Shown here piece after piece: positions 17,143-25,898 of a stretch of 64,000 bases of DNA. The stretch comes from an uncultured Methanosarcinales archaeon (GTDB taxonomy: Archaea; Nanobdellota; Nanobdellia; Woesearchaeales; UBA583): contig CAYGPK010000003.1 of assembly GCA_964351975.1 (NCBI GenBank), forward strand, positions 24,738-88,737, written 5' to 3'. How positions within the stretch are numbered: position 1 is the stretch's first letter; the number at the start of each line of letters is the position of its first letter. Below the pieces are notes generated by a model that did no database searches, was not told the DNA's origin, and saw only the letters and a list, made by a program, of their open reading frames with translations. Both the position numbers and the translations under genes were made by a program.

Positions 17143-18573
17143 TTATTGCATCAATTTTCCAGTCATATCTTCTCCTTTGATAATTACTGCTTCAAGTCCA
17201 CCAGAAAAGGTTCTTTCTTCAAGTGCTGACCAACCAACTTTTGTTTGAAGTTTTTCTCTTGTAATTGTTTGTGGTTTATCTGTATTAAGAATAGTTAATG
17301 AACCAACATATCCTTGTTCTATTTTTCCAAATCCTTTTCCAAAGTCTTGATCTTTAAATTGTCTTTCTAAATGTTCATTAACAAACATTCCAGGATTATA
17401 AGATGCAACTCTGAAAATATCTTGAGGTTTGAATCCATTTTCTTTCATAAGCCATGCACAAATATTTGAATATGTATCAAGCCAAGGTGCTCCAGACATT
17501 CCATTTTCACAACAGGTTTTTTTAAATAATTCAGGATTTTCTTTTTCTAATTTCCTAGCAATTTGTTCATTTGTTAAATCAGGGTAAATTTTTTTTAATT
17601 TAGTAAATGCTGAGTGTTTTTCTTCAATTGTGTGTGGTGCGTGATCTGTTGCTAAAAAATCTATAAAACCATTTTTCAATCCTTCAATAAGTTGTAATCT
17701 GTGTTCAGGAGTTTGAATTGCAGGATTCATTTGAACCTTAAGCCATAAACTAGGATCAATATCAGTCATTGAATTGTCGAAGTATAAATGTAGGGGAGAA
17801 ACTTCAATTGTGGTATATGGTAAATTTTTTTGAACTGCTCTGTTTCTATGCTCTTCAATCATACCAAAACTTTGTCCACCTATAGACCAATGACATAATT
17901 TTGCATCAATTTTATATTTTTCAATTAATGGTAAAAGTAATTTTAATCCATGATTAACAGCGCCAATAGGTCTTCTATCTGTATGAGTTAAACCATCTGA
18001 ACTTGCTTCTACAAATGGTTCATACTCAACGTGAAAACTAACATTATGTCCTTCATAATGTTTCAATGCTTCTTCTAATTCATGTTCATCATAGAAGGTT
18101 AAATCTCCTACTGATTTTCCAAAAAATGCTTTATACATATGTTCTCCTGGTTCACCTATTGGTTTTGTTCCTTTACCTATCCCTACATAGTTTAATATTG
18201 ATACTGGATGTTCAATTTCTGAGATTCTATCTCTATGCCAATTAAAAGTTTGAGAATCAACTATTGGATTTGGTGTATTTGGCATAGCTGATGTGTGAAC
18301 AACTCCCCCATTTAAAGCAGCATTTCCTGCAGTTCTATATTCTTCTTTATGAACTTGATTTCCAGTTTCATCTTCTCTTGCATGTATATGAATATCTCCC
18401 ATTCCTGGGAAAATTAATGATGAATCAGAGAATGTTCTATCTGCATCATATTTTATTTTATCCATAACTACTTCATCAATTAATCCTGTCTTTTTATCTA
18501 TTACAATTTGGCCTAAAAAAGGATTTACCTTTAAGTCTGTAATTTTACCTTGATATACTATTTTATTTTCCAT
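17143..18573 (-). CDS. pyrC: dihydroorotase-like cyclic amidohydrolase
   Basis: Metal-binding motifs GMGDIHIHAR and ATDHAPHTIEEK. Adjacent to and divergent from pyrD. Confidence 0.75.
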   Translation of the reverse strand: MENKIVYQGKITDLKVNPFLGQIVIDKKTGLIDEVVMDKIKYDADRTFSDSSLIFPGMGDIHIHAREDETGNQVHKEEYRTAGNAALNGGVVHTSAMPNTPNPIVDSQTFNWHRDRISEIEHPVSILNYVGIGKGTKPIGEPGEHMYKAFFGKSVGDLTFYDEHELEEALKHYEGHNVSFHVEYEPFVEASSDGLTHTDRRPIGAVNHGLKLLLPLIEKYKIDAKLCHWSIGGQSFGMIEEHRNRAVQKNLPYTTIEVSPLHLYFDNSMTDIDPSLWLKVQMNPAIQTPEHRLQLIEGLKNGFIDFLATDHAPHTIEEKHSAFTKLKKIYPDLTNEQIARKLEKENPELFKKTCCENGMSGAPWLDTYSNICAWLMKENGFKPQDIFRVASYNPGMFVNEHLERQFKDQDFGKGFGKIEQGYVGSLTILNTDKPQTITREKLQTKVGWSALEERTFSGGLEAVIIKGEDMTGKLMQ

Positions 18574-18677
18574 TTATTTTAATTTTAATTTTAACTTTTA
18601 TAAATTTTACTTAATTTAACTTGAAATTAGTAGTAAAAAATAATAAAGTTTATAAAATTCAATTGTGAATTCTATTT

Positions 18678-19778
18678 ATGGATTTGTTAAGAGAGAGTTT
18701 TGAAAAGGTTTCTGATTTGGTGAGAAGTAATTTAGAACAAGAGTTTTCTTATTTTGATGTAAATGGAATAAAACAAGTTAACTGGGAAAAAGTTCAACAC
18801 GAATTAACAAGAAGATCAAAGATATTTAACAATCCTGTTTTAGCATATATGCTTTTAACACATTCTGATGTTCAAAAAGTTAGACAAAAAGAAAAAGCAC
18901 TTGGGAGAAGATTTGAGTTATCTAATGCAGCAGGAATGAATAAATTGGGTGCAATTCCTCCTAGATTTTTATATAATTTAGGATTTGATAGGGTTCAGAT
19001 AGGGACTGTTACAGGTAAACCTTGGGGAGGAACACAAAATGTTGAGGGAGGAAGAATATTTTTATCAGAAGAAGAAAAAAATGCTTATAATTGCTTAGGT
19101 TTACCAGGAGATGGACCTCAAGCGGTTTCAAATTTTATAAATAGTTATGATACTGATGGCATTCCTATTGATATTAATTATATGGCAACTCCAGACTCTT
19201 CTTTTACTTTAGAAGATAGGATTAGTGATATTAAACATATACTTAATATATTAAGAGGAGATTCTAAAAATTTTATTTTAAATTGGTCTTGCCCAAATAC
19301 TGAAGAAAGCCATAGAAATAAAGAATTATTTGAACTTCTTAAAGCGAGTAGAGATGTTATTGGTCATGAAGACTTAAAAATAAAATTAGGTCCACTTACA
19401 ACTTATGATGATGCAAGGGAGATTATGGGAGGAGTAGAGTATGAAGTTTCAGGGTTTGTTCTTACAAATACTGATCCTAGTCATGGAAGAAAGATTAGAA
19501 CTTGGCCAATCTCAGGTGGTTTGAGTGGTGAGGGTTTAAAAGAAAAGTCCTTAAAAATTCATGAAATGGTTTCAGATATAAATCTAAAGGAATTTGAAGG
19601 TAGATATAAATTAATTGGCTGTGGTGGAGTAAGTTCAGTTGAAGATTTGAGAGAAAGGGCTGATATTCCAAATACTATTGGTTGTGAAATTTATACTAGG
19701 TTAATGTTTAATGGTGGATTTAGAGCTTTAAGGGAAATGAAAACTGGATCTTTAGATTTAGATAGGAGATTGAGTTAA
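18678..19778 (+). CDS. pyrD: dihydroorotate dehydrogenase (class 2-like)
   Basis: Motifs NAAGMNK, GTVTGKPWGG, NWSCPNT, LTNTD, GGLSGEGL and GCGGVSSVEDL. Confidence 0.85.
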   Translation: MDLLRESFEKVSDLVRSNLEQEFSYFDVNGIKQVNWEKVQHELTRRSKIFNNPVLAYMLLTHSDVQKVRQKEKALGRRFELSNAAGMNKLGAIPPRFLYNLGFDRVQIGTVTGKPWGGTQNVEGGRIFLSEEEKNAYNCLGLPGDGPQAVSNFINSYDTDGIPIDINYMATPDSSFTLEDRISDIKHILNILRGDSKNFILNWSCPNTEESHRNKELFELLKASRDVIGHEDLKIKLGPLTTYDDAREIMGGVEYEVSGFVLTNTDPSHGRKIRTWPISGGLSGEGLKEKSLKIHEMVSDINLKEFEGRYKLIGCGGVSSVEDLRERADIPNTIGCEIYTRLMFNGGFRALREMKTGSLDLDRRLS

Positions 19779-19784
19779 GTTAGT

Positions 19785-20438
19785 TTAATTTTTTTTAGTT
19801 TTATTTTTATTTGATTTTTTGATTGTTTTCTTATTATCTTTATTTAACTCTTTCATTACTTCATCACTATTCATTAGTCTGTAAAAATATATCATAACTA
19901 ATATGAAGGCAATTAATAATCCAATACCTATAAATCCAAAGTTTTTGAAACTTTTTCCAAAGTAATAACCAATTAATGCAAATCCTAATGCCCAGAGAGA
20001 TGAGGTTATGTAAGTTATGATCAGAAAGATTGCTCTATTCATTTTTGCAATTCCTGCTGGGATAGGTATAAATATTTTAGATGGATTTGCGAGCTTTCCA
20101 ATAAATAACAGGGTTTTTTGTCTTTTGTTAAATGCTATTTGTAGTTTTCTAACTTCTTTTTCAGAATCAAGCATTGGAAAAAATATCTGAATAAATTTGA
20201 TTGAGTATTTTACTCCTTTTTTTCTTGCAACTTCATATAATATTAGATTTCCAATTGTTTGTCCTAGTGCTCCAATTAGTATTATGTATAACAAATTTAA
20301 ATCAGATGTAAATGCAAAGTATCCTGCAATTATATATACTAATTGACTTGATGGAAATGATATAAACCCATTTAAGGTCATAAGAAATAAAATTCCAAAA
20401 TATGTAAATGTAATTATTATTTCTTCAAGACCCATCAT
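19785..20438 (-). CDS. DedA/SNARE-associated family membrane protein (tentative)
   Basis: About 5 TM segments and a size and pattern typical of DedA. C-terminus has a Lys-rich tail. Confidence 0.45.
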   Translation of the reverse strand: MMGLEEIIITFTYFGILFLMTLNGFISFPSSQLVYIIAGYFAFTSDLNLLYIILIGALGQTIGNLILYEVARKKGVKYSIKFIQIFFPMLDSEKEVRKLQIAFNKRQKTLLFIGKLANPSKIFIPIPAGIAKMNRAIFLIITYITSSLWALGFALIGYYFGKSFKNFGFIGIGLLIAFILVMIYFYRLMNSDEVMKELNKDNKKTIKKSNKNKTKKN

Positions 20439-20499
20439 TTTTTATTATAATAATTTTAAAAAGACAAAACTATATAAATATTATTATTCTCTTTTTAGT

Positions 20500-21459
20500 A
20501 TGAGCGTACCAAGTCAAATTTGGGTTGATAAATATAGACCTAAAAACTTTTCAGAAATTATAGGACAAGATTATTTTGTTAAAAGAGTTAAAGCTTTTTT
20601 AGATAGTAAAAATTTACCTCATTTATTATTTGCAGGTTCACCAGGAACAGGAAAAACAACTACAGCACTTGTTATTGCAACAGAGCTATATGGAGAGAAT
20701 GGTGTTAAAGGGAATTTTTTAGAACTTAATGCCTCGGATGATCGTGGTATTGATATTATTCGTAATCAAATTAAAGAGTTTGCAAAGCTTAAGAGTCTTG
20801 CTGATGTTCCATACAAAATTATTTGTTTAGATGAAGCAGATTCTCTTACAAAAGATGCGCAGCAAGCATTAAGACGAACTATGGAGAAGTTTTCTAATAG
20901 TTGTCGTTTTGTTCTTGCTTGTAATGAGATGTCAAAGATTATTGATCCTATTCAAAGTCGTTGTGTAATTTTTAAATTTAAAGCGCTAAAAGATGAATCA
21001 CTTCATGAACTTCTTAAGATGGTTGCAAAAGCAGAAGGACTTACTATTGAAGACAAGGCTCGTGATCATATGGTTACAGTTTCAAAAGGAGATGTTAGAA
21101 GATTACTTAATACTCTGCAAGCAGCATCTTCAATTAGTAAAAATGTTGATTCAAAATTAATTGATGAAATTTTAGATTATATTAATCCTAAAGAAGTCGA
21201 GGAGATGATTAGATTTGCTGTAGATGGGGACTTTTTTAAGGCTCGTGACATTATGATTAGACTTAGAACTATTCGTGGAGCTTCTGCTCTTGAGATTTTA
21301 AAGGAAGTTTATAGAAGAGTTTTGGATATGAATATTGATTCAAAATTAAAAGTTAAATTTGTTGATAGAATTGCAACCGTTGAGTTTAGACTTGTTGAGG
21401 GTTCTGATGAAGAACTTCAATTAGAGAGTTTACTTGCAATGATGAGTTTACTTAAGTAG
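20500..21459 (+). CDS. rfcS: replication factor C small subunit
   Basis: Motifs WVDKYRPKNFSEIIGQ, Walker A GSPGTGKTT, LDEADSLT and SRC. Confidence 0.95.
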   Translation: MSVPSQIWVDKYRPKNFSEIIGQDYFVKRVKAFLDSKNLPHLLFAGSPGTGKTTTALVIATELYGENGVKGNFLELNASDDRGIDIIRNQIKEFAKLKSLADVPYKIICLDEADSLTKDAQQALRRTMEKFSNSCRFVLACNEMSKIIDPIQSRCVIFKFKALKDESLHELLKMVAKAEGLTIEDKARDHMVTVSKGDVRRLLNTLQAASSISKNVDSKLIDEILDYINPKEVEEMIRFAVDGDFFKARDIMIRLRTIRGASALEILKEVYRRVLDMNIDSKLKVKFVDRIATVEFRLVEGSDEELQLESLLAMMSLLK

Positions 21460-21468
21460 TGTTTTAAA

Positions 21469-21909
21469 ATGGATTTAGATTTAAATCAAGATTTAAAGAA
21501 TCTTGCAATTCACCTTTCAGATTTTCATAATTTATCTATAGATGCGAGCTCTATTTATGAGTATTTACTTTTTCATAAATTTAAAGAAGATTTTCAAGAA
21601 GGTAAATTTGTTTATGGAAATATTTATTTTCTTAGGGGTGGATTTATTCTTAATTATTTAGGACTTAATGGAGCTGATGAAATAGGAAGAATTAGACTTG
21701 TTAATTCTCCAAATTCTTTAGAATTTAAGTTTGATTATAGATTCTTAAATTCTCTTTCAGGCAATAATGTTAGAACTGAGAATTTGGATATACTATTAGG
21801 TTTTCCAGTTTTTTCTATTGATGGGAGAGATTTAAGTTTAATTTCTTGTTCTTATATTAATTCTCAAATTGGAGAAAAAATAAAAAGAATTGAACCTATT
21901 TATCATTAA
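21469..21909 (+). CDS. hypothetical protein
   Basis: ORF is co-directional with and closely follows rfcS. No recognisable motif. Confidence 0.45.
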   Translation: MDLDLNQDLKNLAIHLSDFHNLSIDASSIYEYLLFHKFKEDFQEGKFVYGNIYFLRGGFILNYLGLNGADEIGRIRLVNSPNSLEFKFDYRFLNSLSGNNVRTENLDILLGFPVFSIDGRDLSLISCSYINSQIGEKIKRIEPIYH

Positions 21910-21911
21910 AA

Positions 21912-22313
21912 ATGGATGAAGAAGAAAAACAATTATACATGGAACAATTAATGGATAATTATAAAAATCCACAGAATAAAGAAAAATCAAAAGACTATAC
22001 TTTTTTATTTAAACAAAAAAATGCTAGTTGTGGAGATATGTTTGAAATTTATGTTAAACTAGATTCTAAATGTGATAAAATTATTGATGTTAAATACGAG
22101 GGAGAAGGGTGTGCTATTTCAACTGCTTCAATGTCACTTTTATCGCAAGAATTAATTGGTATGAAATATATTGATGCTAAAAAATTAACACCTGAGAATA
22201 TTTATGAAATACTTGGAGTAAAAATAAGTCCTGGAAGAATTAATTGCGCATTACTTTCTCTTAATGCTTTTCTTAATGGAGCTTTGGAATTTGATTCCAA
22301 AATTAAAAAGTAA
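21912..22313 (+). CDS. Fe-S cluster assembly scaffold, SufU/IscU (NifU N-terminal) family
   Basis: Motifs NPQNKEK...NASCGDMFEIYVKL...EGEGCAISTASMSLL...PGRINCALL (three conserved Cys). Confidence 0.8.
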   Translation: MDEEEKQLYMEQLMDNYKNPQNKEKSKDYTFLFKQKNASCGDMFEIYVKLDSKCDKIIDVKYEGEGCAISTASMSLLSQELIGMKYIDAKKLTPENIYEILGVKISPGRINCALLSLNAFLNGALEFDSKIKK

Positions 22314-23693
22314 TATTATTATTGATATAACTATAATTAATATTTCAATTAGATTTTTATTTTGTGAGTAGAATGTTTTATTTTCAATTAATGGAATTTC
22401 ATAATATAGGATTTGCTCTGAATTAATTGGAACTTGTTTTATATTTTTTCCAGAATTATCAATTATTGTTGAGAGTCCACTTGTTTCTAATCTAAAAATA
22501 TATTTATTATTTTCTGCTGCTCTAATGTTTGAGTTTAATGATGTAGTTTTAAGCGCGTGATAATTTGTCATAGCGTATTGATTACCAATTGCAAAGAAAG
22601 TTTGTGCATCATTTTCTTTAACTTGTGTTGTAAAGACGTATCTATGGTTTTCTTCATAACAAAGGGATAGGCCAATTGAATTATTATTTATTATAATTGG
22701 ATTATTACTTTTTTCTTTAACGTAGTTTTTATCAAATAATGGAAATGGTTCATATGCAGAGTAAGTTTGAATAGAATTATTATTTATTATGTATAAAGTA
22801 TTGTACCTTTTACTTGAGAGAGAGGATTCATTTTCAAGTGTTATTGAACCTAGAATTATTGTTACATTGTTTTTATTTGAGAAATCTTTTATTTTTTTTT
22901 GAAGTTCTAAATCAAATTGAATCGCATTTGTAAATAAATATTCTTGCCATAAAATTATTTCGGGGTTGTATTTAATAATTGCTTGATTACTTAATGCTAA
23001 ATATTTATTTAGATTTTCAGTTTTGTTTAATGTTCGATTAACCCAACTTTGATCTAAGTTTCCTTGAATTCCTGCAACTTTAACTATTTCAGTTTGATTC
23101 TCATTAGTAATAGGTTTTATTTGAAGTATAAAAAAATGTCCAATTAAAATAATTGCAAATACTATATATATATAATTTATTTTTTTATTTTTTATATTAT
23201 TTATAATTTCAAAAATTAAGGTATTAATTAGAATTATTATAAAGACAATTCCTAATGAACCTAAATATTGAATTGTTATTGGAAATATGTTTAAGAATCC
23301 TGAAATATTTATCCAAAAATTATTAATTGGTGTTAATCCGATTAAATAAAATAAGATTGTAAAGATAGAAGGGAATAATATTATATTTAATTTTTTATTC
23401 ATTAATTTTTTAGCAATTAAGAAGAAGGCAAGAAAAAAACAAGTTGATAAAATTCCAACTATAAATATGTATTTTAATCCATATTCATAAAAAAAAGAGA
23501 AGTTAATTATTGTTGCAAGAAATATAAAGAGTGAGAGAAGTTCATAGTTTGTATTTTTATTTTTTAGATAAAATAGAAGTGGAATTAAAAAGATAAATTC
23601 AAAAAAAGGTATTAAATTTGAATATAATAAGATTAAGGAAATAAAAAAAATTATTAAATATATATTTGGATTAAATTTTATTTTTTTATTCAT
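22251..23693 (-). CDS. apolipoprotein N-acyltransferase (Lnt)-like: polytopic N-terminal domain + CN-hydrolase domain
   Basis: About 7-8 TM helices, then VKVAGIQGNLDQ, ILWQEYLF (Glu) and IGLSLCYEENH (Cys). The position of the catalytic Lys is unclear. The 3' end overlaps the convergent SufU gene by 63 nt. Confidence 0.6.
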   Translation of the reverse strand: MNKKIKFNPNIYLIIFFISLILLYSNLIPFFEFIFLIPLLFYLKNKNTNYELLSLFIFLATIINFSFFYEYGLKYIFIVGILSTCFFLAFFLIAKKLMNKKLNIILFPSIFTILFYLIGLTPINNFWINISGFLNIFPITIQYLGSLGIVFIIILINTLIFEIINNIKNKKINYIYIVFAIILIGHFFILQIKPITNENQTEIVKVAGIQGNLDQSWVNRTLNKTENLNKYLALSNQAIIKYNPEIILWQEYLFTNAIQFDLELQKKIKDFSNKNNVTIILGSITLENESSLSSKRYNTLYIINNNSIQTYSAYEPFPLFDKNYVKEKSNNPIIINNNSIGLSLCYEENHRYVFTTQVKENDAQTFFAIGNQYAMTNYHALKTTSLNSNIRAAENNKYIFRLETSGLSTIIDNSGKNIKQVPINSEQILYYEIPLIENKTFYSQNKNLIEILIIVISIIILLFNFGIKFQSSIKKSIKRK

Positions 23694-23724
23694 ATGTCTT
23701 TAGGTCATATGTTTTTTGTCTAAT

Positions 23725-24129
23725 TTATTTTCCACCAGCTTCTGAGCTGTTTTCGTGATTATAGTGGTTTGAATGTGAACTTGCAACTTCTTTTGGATTT
23801 ATTTCCATTCCTCCTGCGTAGCTTTTAGTAACAACTTCATCTCCATCATTTCCTAATTGTTCATCTTGGGTTGCACCACCAGCGTTTTGAGTGTAGTCTC
23901 CTTCGTGATAAGTATCATTTGCGTGATTAGTATGATTGTTATGTGATGGCTTACTTCCTCCTCCTGCATTAGCATCATCAATTTCACTTAAACCAAATGC
24001 TACTAGTGTTAATCCCGCTGCAATACTGATTGCTGTTTTGTCAATTATTTTAGCATCTTCTTCTAGAATAAAACTTTTTAGAGTTTTTTTTGGTTTTGGA
24101 AGTTCTGGATTCATATTAATCTTTTTCAT
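23725..24129 (-). CDS. His/Asn-rich single-TM protein
   Basis: TM is AISIAAGLTLVAFGL, then SKPSHNNHTNHANDTYHEGD...SSHSNHYNHENS. Confidence 0.5.
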   Translation of the reverse strand: MKKINMNPELPKPKKTLKSFILEEDAKIIDKTAISIAAGLTLVAFGLSEIDDANAGGGSKPSHNNHTNHANDTYHEGDYTQNAGGATQDEQLGNDGDEVVTKSYAGGMEINPKEVASSHSNHYNHENSSEAGGK

Positions 24130-24161
24130 TTTTTATTTATAACTTTTTTGTGTTTTATTTT

Positions 24162-24344
24162 TTAGGTATTTTTAGCTGTGTTGATTGCTTCTTCTCCAAT
24201 ATTAATTAGAGATTCAGAGTTAGATCCATAATGGGTTGTGAAGAAATATATCATAACAATTAAAACAACTAATAGTATAATAAAAATAATTACTGTTTGT
24301 AATGTTAATTCTACTCCCTTTTTATTATATTTTATTTTATTCAT
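24162..24344 (-). CDS. 60-aa mini-pilin with class III signal peptide
   Basis: Sequence MNKIKYNKKGVELTLQTVIIFIILLVVLIVMIYFF has K-K-G, then E at +2 and a hydrophobic helix. Confidence 0.6.
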   Translation of the reverse strand: MNKIKYNKKGVELTLQTVIIFIILLVVLIVMIYFFTTHYGSNSESLINIGEEAINTAKNT

Positions 24345-24347
24345 TTT

Positions 24348-25808
24348 TTATTCCATATCTAATATTATATTTTTGAACAAATTAAAACTTGTATGATCTC
24401 CATATGTACTATCAACTTTATCTGAATTAAGTACTACTTCTCTATTTGCACCGGTTTTACAAGCAACAGTTTGTGAAGATGTTGTATATGTTGATTGAAC
24501 TGTTGCTCCGTAGCTTGATAATGTTTGTAGACAATCATTATCTGTAAATGTAAATGATTTAACTTTTATTCTGTAAACTGGTTTTGATGTTTGAACATTT
24601 GAAATTAAATTTCTTGCTGCAGTTTCATATCCGTATACAACTCTTCCATCTGAGAAAGATCTAAATAAAGCAACTCTTGATAAATCAAAGCTTGGAATGT
24701 CTGAGGAAATTTTAAATGTATTTGTTACAGGAACTGATAACTCTTCAGAAAAATCTCTTAATGAATAAAAAGTATAGAATTGGTCGTATTCAAAATATAA
24801 TTTTTCATTATTATTATTTGTGTAAACCAAATTATTATATTTGTATGATACAGGCAATGTTACTTCATAAACTGCTTTACTTAAACCATTATTACTATTA
24901 ATCATTGTAAAACCAAGATTTTCGGGGTATGTAGTATCTATTTCATTTTTAGCTTCAGAATTTGTTGGTGCTTCTAAATTTGAACAAACTTCTTCTTGTA
25001 TATCTTCTCCATCTTGGTTTTGAGTTGTGATTGTTTGACAATGAATTCTGTGATCTGCATAATACAGAACTTTTTCAGTTTCTTCAAGGTTTTTCTCACT
25101 TAACTCTTCGTTTAATGTTAGTGTTTGAACAATTTGTCCTGTTCCTGAACCTGTATCAAATAACTCTCCTTCATTTCCATCTAAATTTTGGTTTCCAACT
25201 TCAAAACCATAGATTATTGTATTTTTAGTATCTAGATCTAAATTTTTTAATATACAAACTTTGTACGTGTTAAGATTTGAGGTTAATATATCGAAGTTAA
25301 TATTTTCAAAATTAATATTTGCTCCATCATTACAGTAAAGAGTCATTTCACTATTTTGCCAAGATAGAGGAATTTGAATTTTATTTATTAAATCTAAAAC
25401 TGTAGAGCAATAATATAATTCTACATTATTTTTATAGACTCCACCACCTGGTCTTGCATCATTTTCAATTTCAAGTCTGTAACTTCCACCAATTCTACAG
25501 TATGGTTCTCCTGCATCTAATGTACTCTCTGAATCATAGTTTACACCAAAGTCTCTGTATCTTGTATAAATTTGTGTGTTAATTGGACTATTTGTTGTTC
25601 CAGAAGAATAAGTCGCACTCTCAACTTCTAATTCATCATTTAATGGGCTAAATATTGTTTGTTTTAATTCTCCTGTACCACTAACTTGAACGGGACCCGG
25701 GGGAGTTCCACCTGCCCCACCCCCACATCCTGAAATTAAAACTAATAAAAATAAACCTAAAATTATCGAGAGTTGATTTTTATTTATAGCTCTATCTAGA
25801 AATCGCAT
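24348..25808 (-). CDS. 486-aa lipobox lipoprotein
   Basis: N-terminus LSIILGLFLLVLISGCGGGAGGTPPGP carries lipobox I-S-G-C followed by a Gly/Pro linker. Confidence 0.7.
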   Translation of the reverse strand: MRFLDRAINKNQLSIILGLFLLVLISGCGGGAGGTPPGPVQVSGTGELKQTIFSPLNDELEVESATYSSGTTNSPINTQIYTRYRDFGVNYDSESTLDAGEPYCRIGGSYRLEIENDARPGGGVYKNNVELYYCSTVLDLINKIQIPLSWQNSEMTLYCNDGANINFENINFDILTSNLNTYKVCILKNLDLDTKNTIIYGFEVGNQNLDGNEGELFDTGSGTGQIVQTLTLNEELSEKNLEETEKVLYYADHRIHCQTITTQNQDGEDIQEEVCSNLEAPTNSEAKNEIDTTYPENLGFTMINSNNGLSKAVYEVTLPVSYKYNNLVYTNNNNEKLYFEYDQFYTFYSLRDFSEELSVPVTNTFKISSDIPSFDLSRVALFRSFSDGRVVYGYETAARNLISNVQTSKPVYRIKVKSFTFTDNDCLQTLSSYGATVQSTYTTSSQTVACKTGANREVVLNSDKVDSTYGDHTSFNLFKNIILDME

Positions 25809-25827
25809 AGTATTTTATAGTTAATTA

Positions 25828-25850
25828 GGTTTTTATAATCTTGTTACTAC
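25828..25850 (-). promoter_or_regulatory. promoter of the lipoprotein cluster: GTAGTAACAAG + ATTATAAAAA
   Basis: The minus strand reads GTAGTAACAAGATTATAAAAACC. TATA is centred about 26 nt from the ATG at 25808. Confidence 0.5.
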
Positions 25851-25898
25851 TTTTTGTTTTCAGTAACTTATATATCTGTTCTAAAGGATTTATATTTA

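Noticed and set aside
25854-25898. TTG-initiated N-terminal extension of the methylase-kinase ORF
   Set aside because: The methylase family motif YEPAEDS begins right after the ATG at 25899. The extension would also overlap the divergent lipoprotein promoter.
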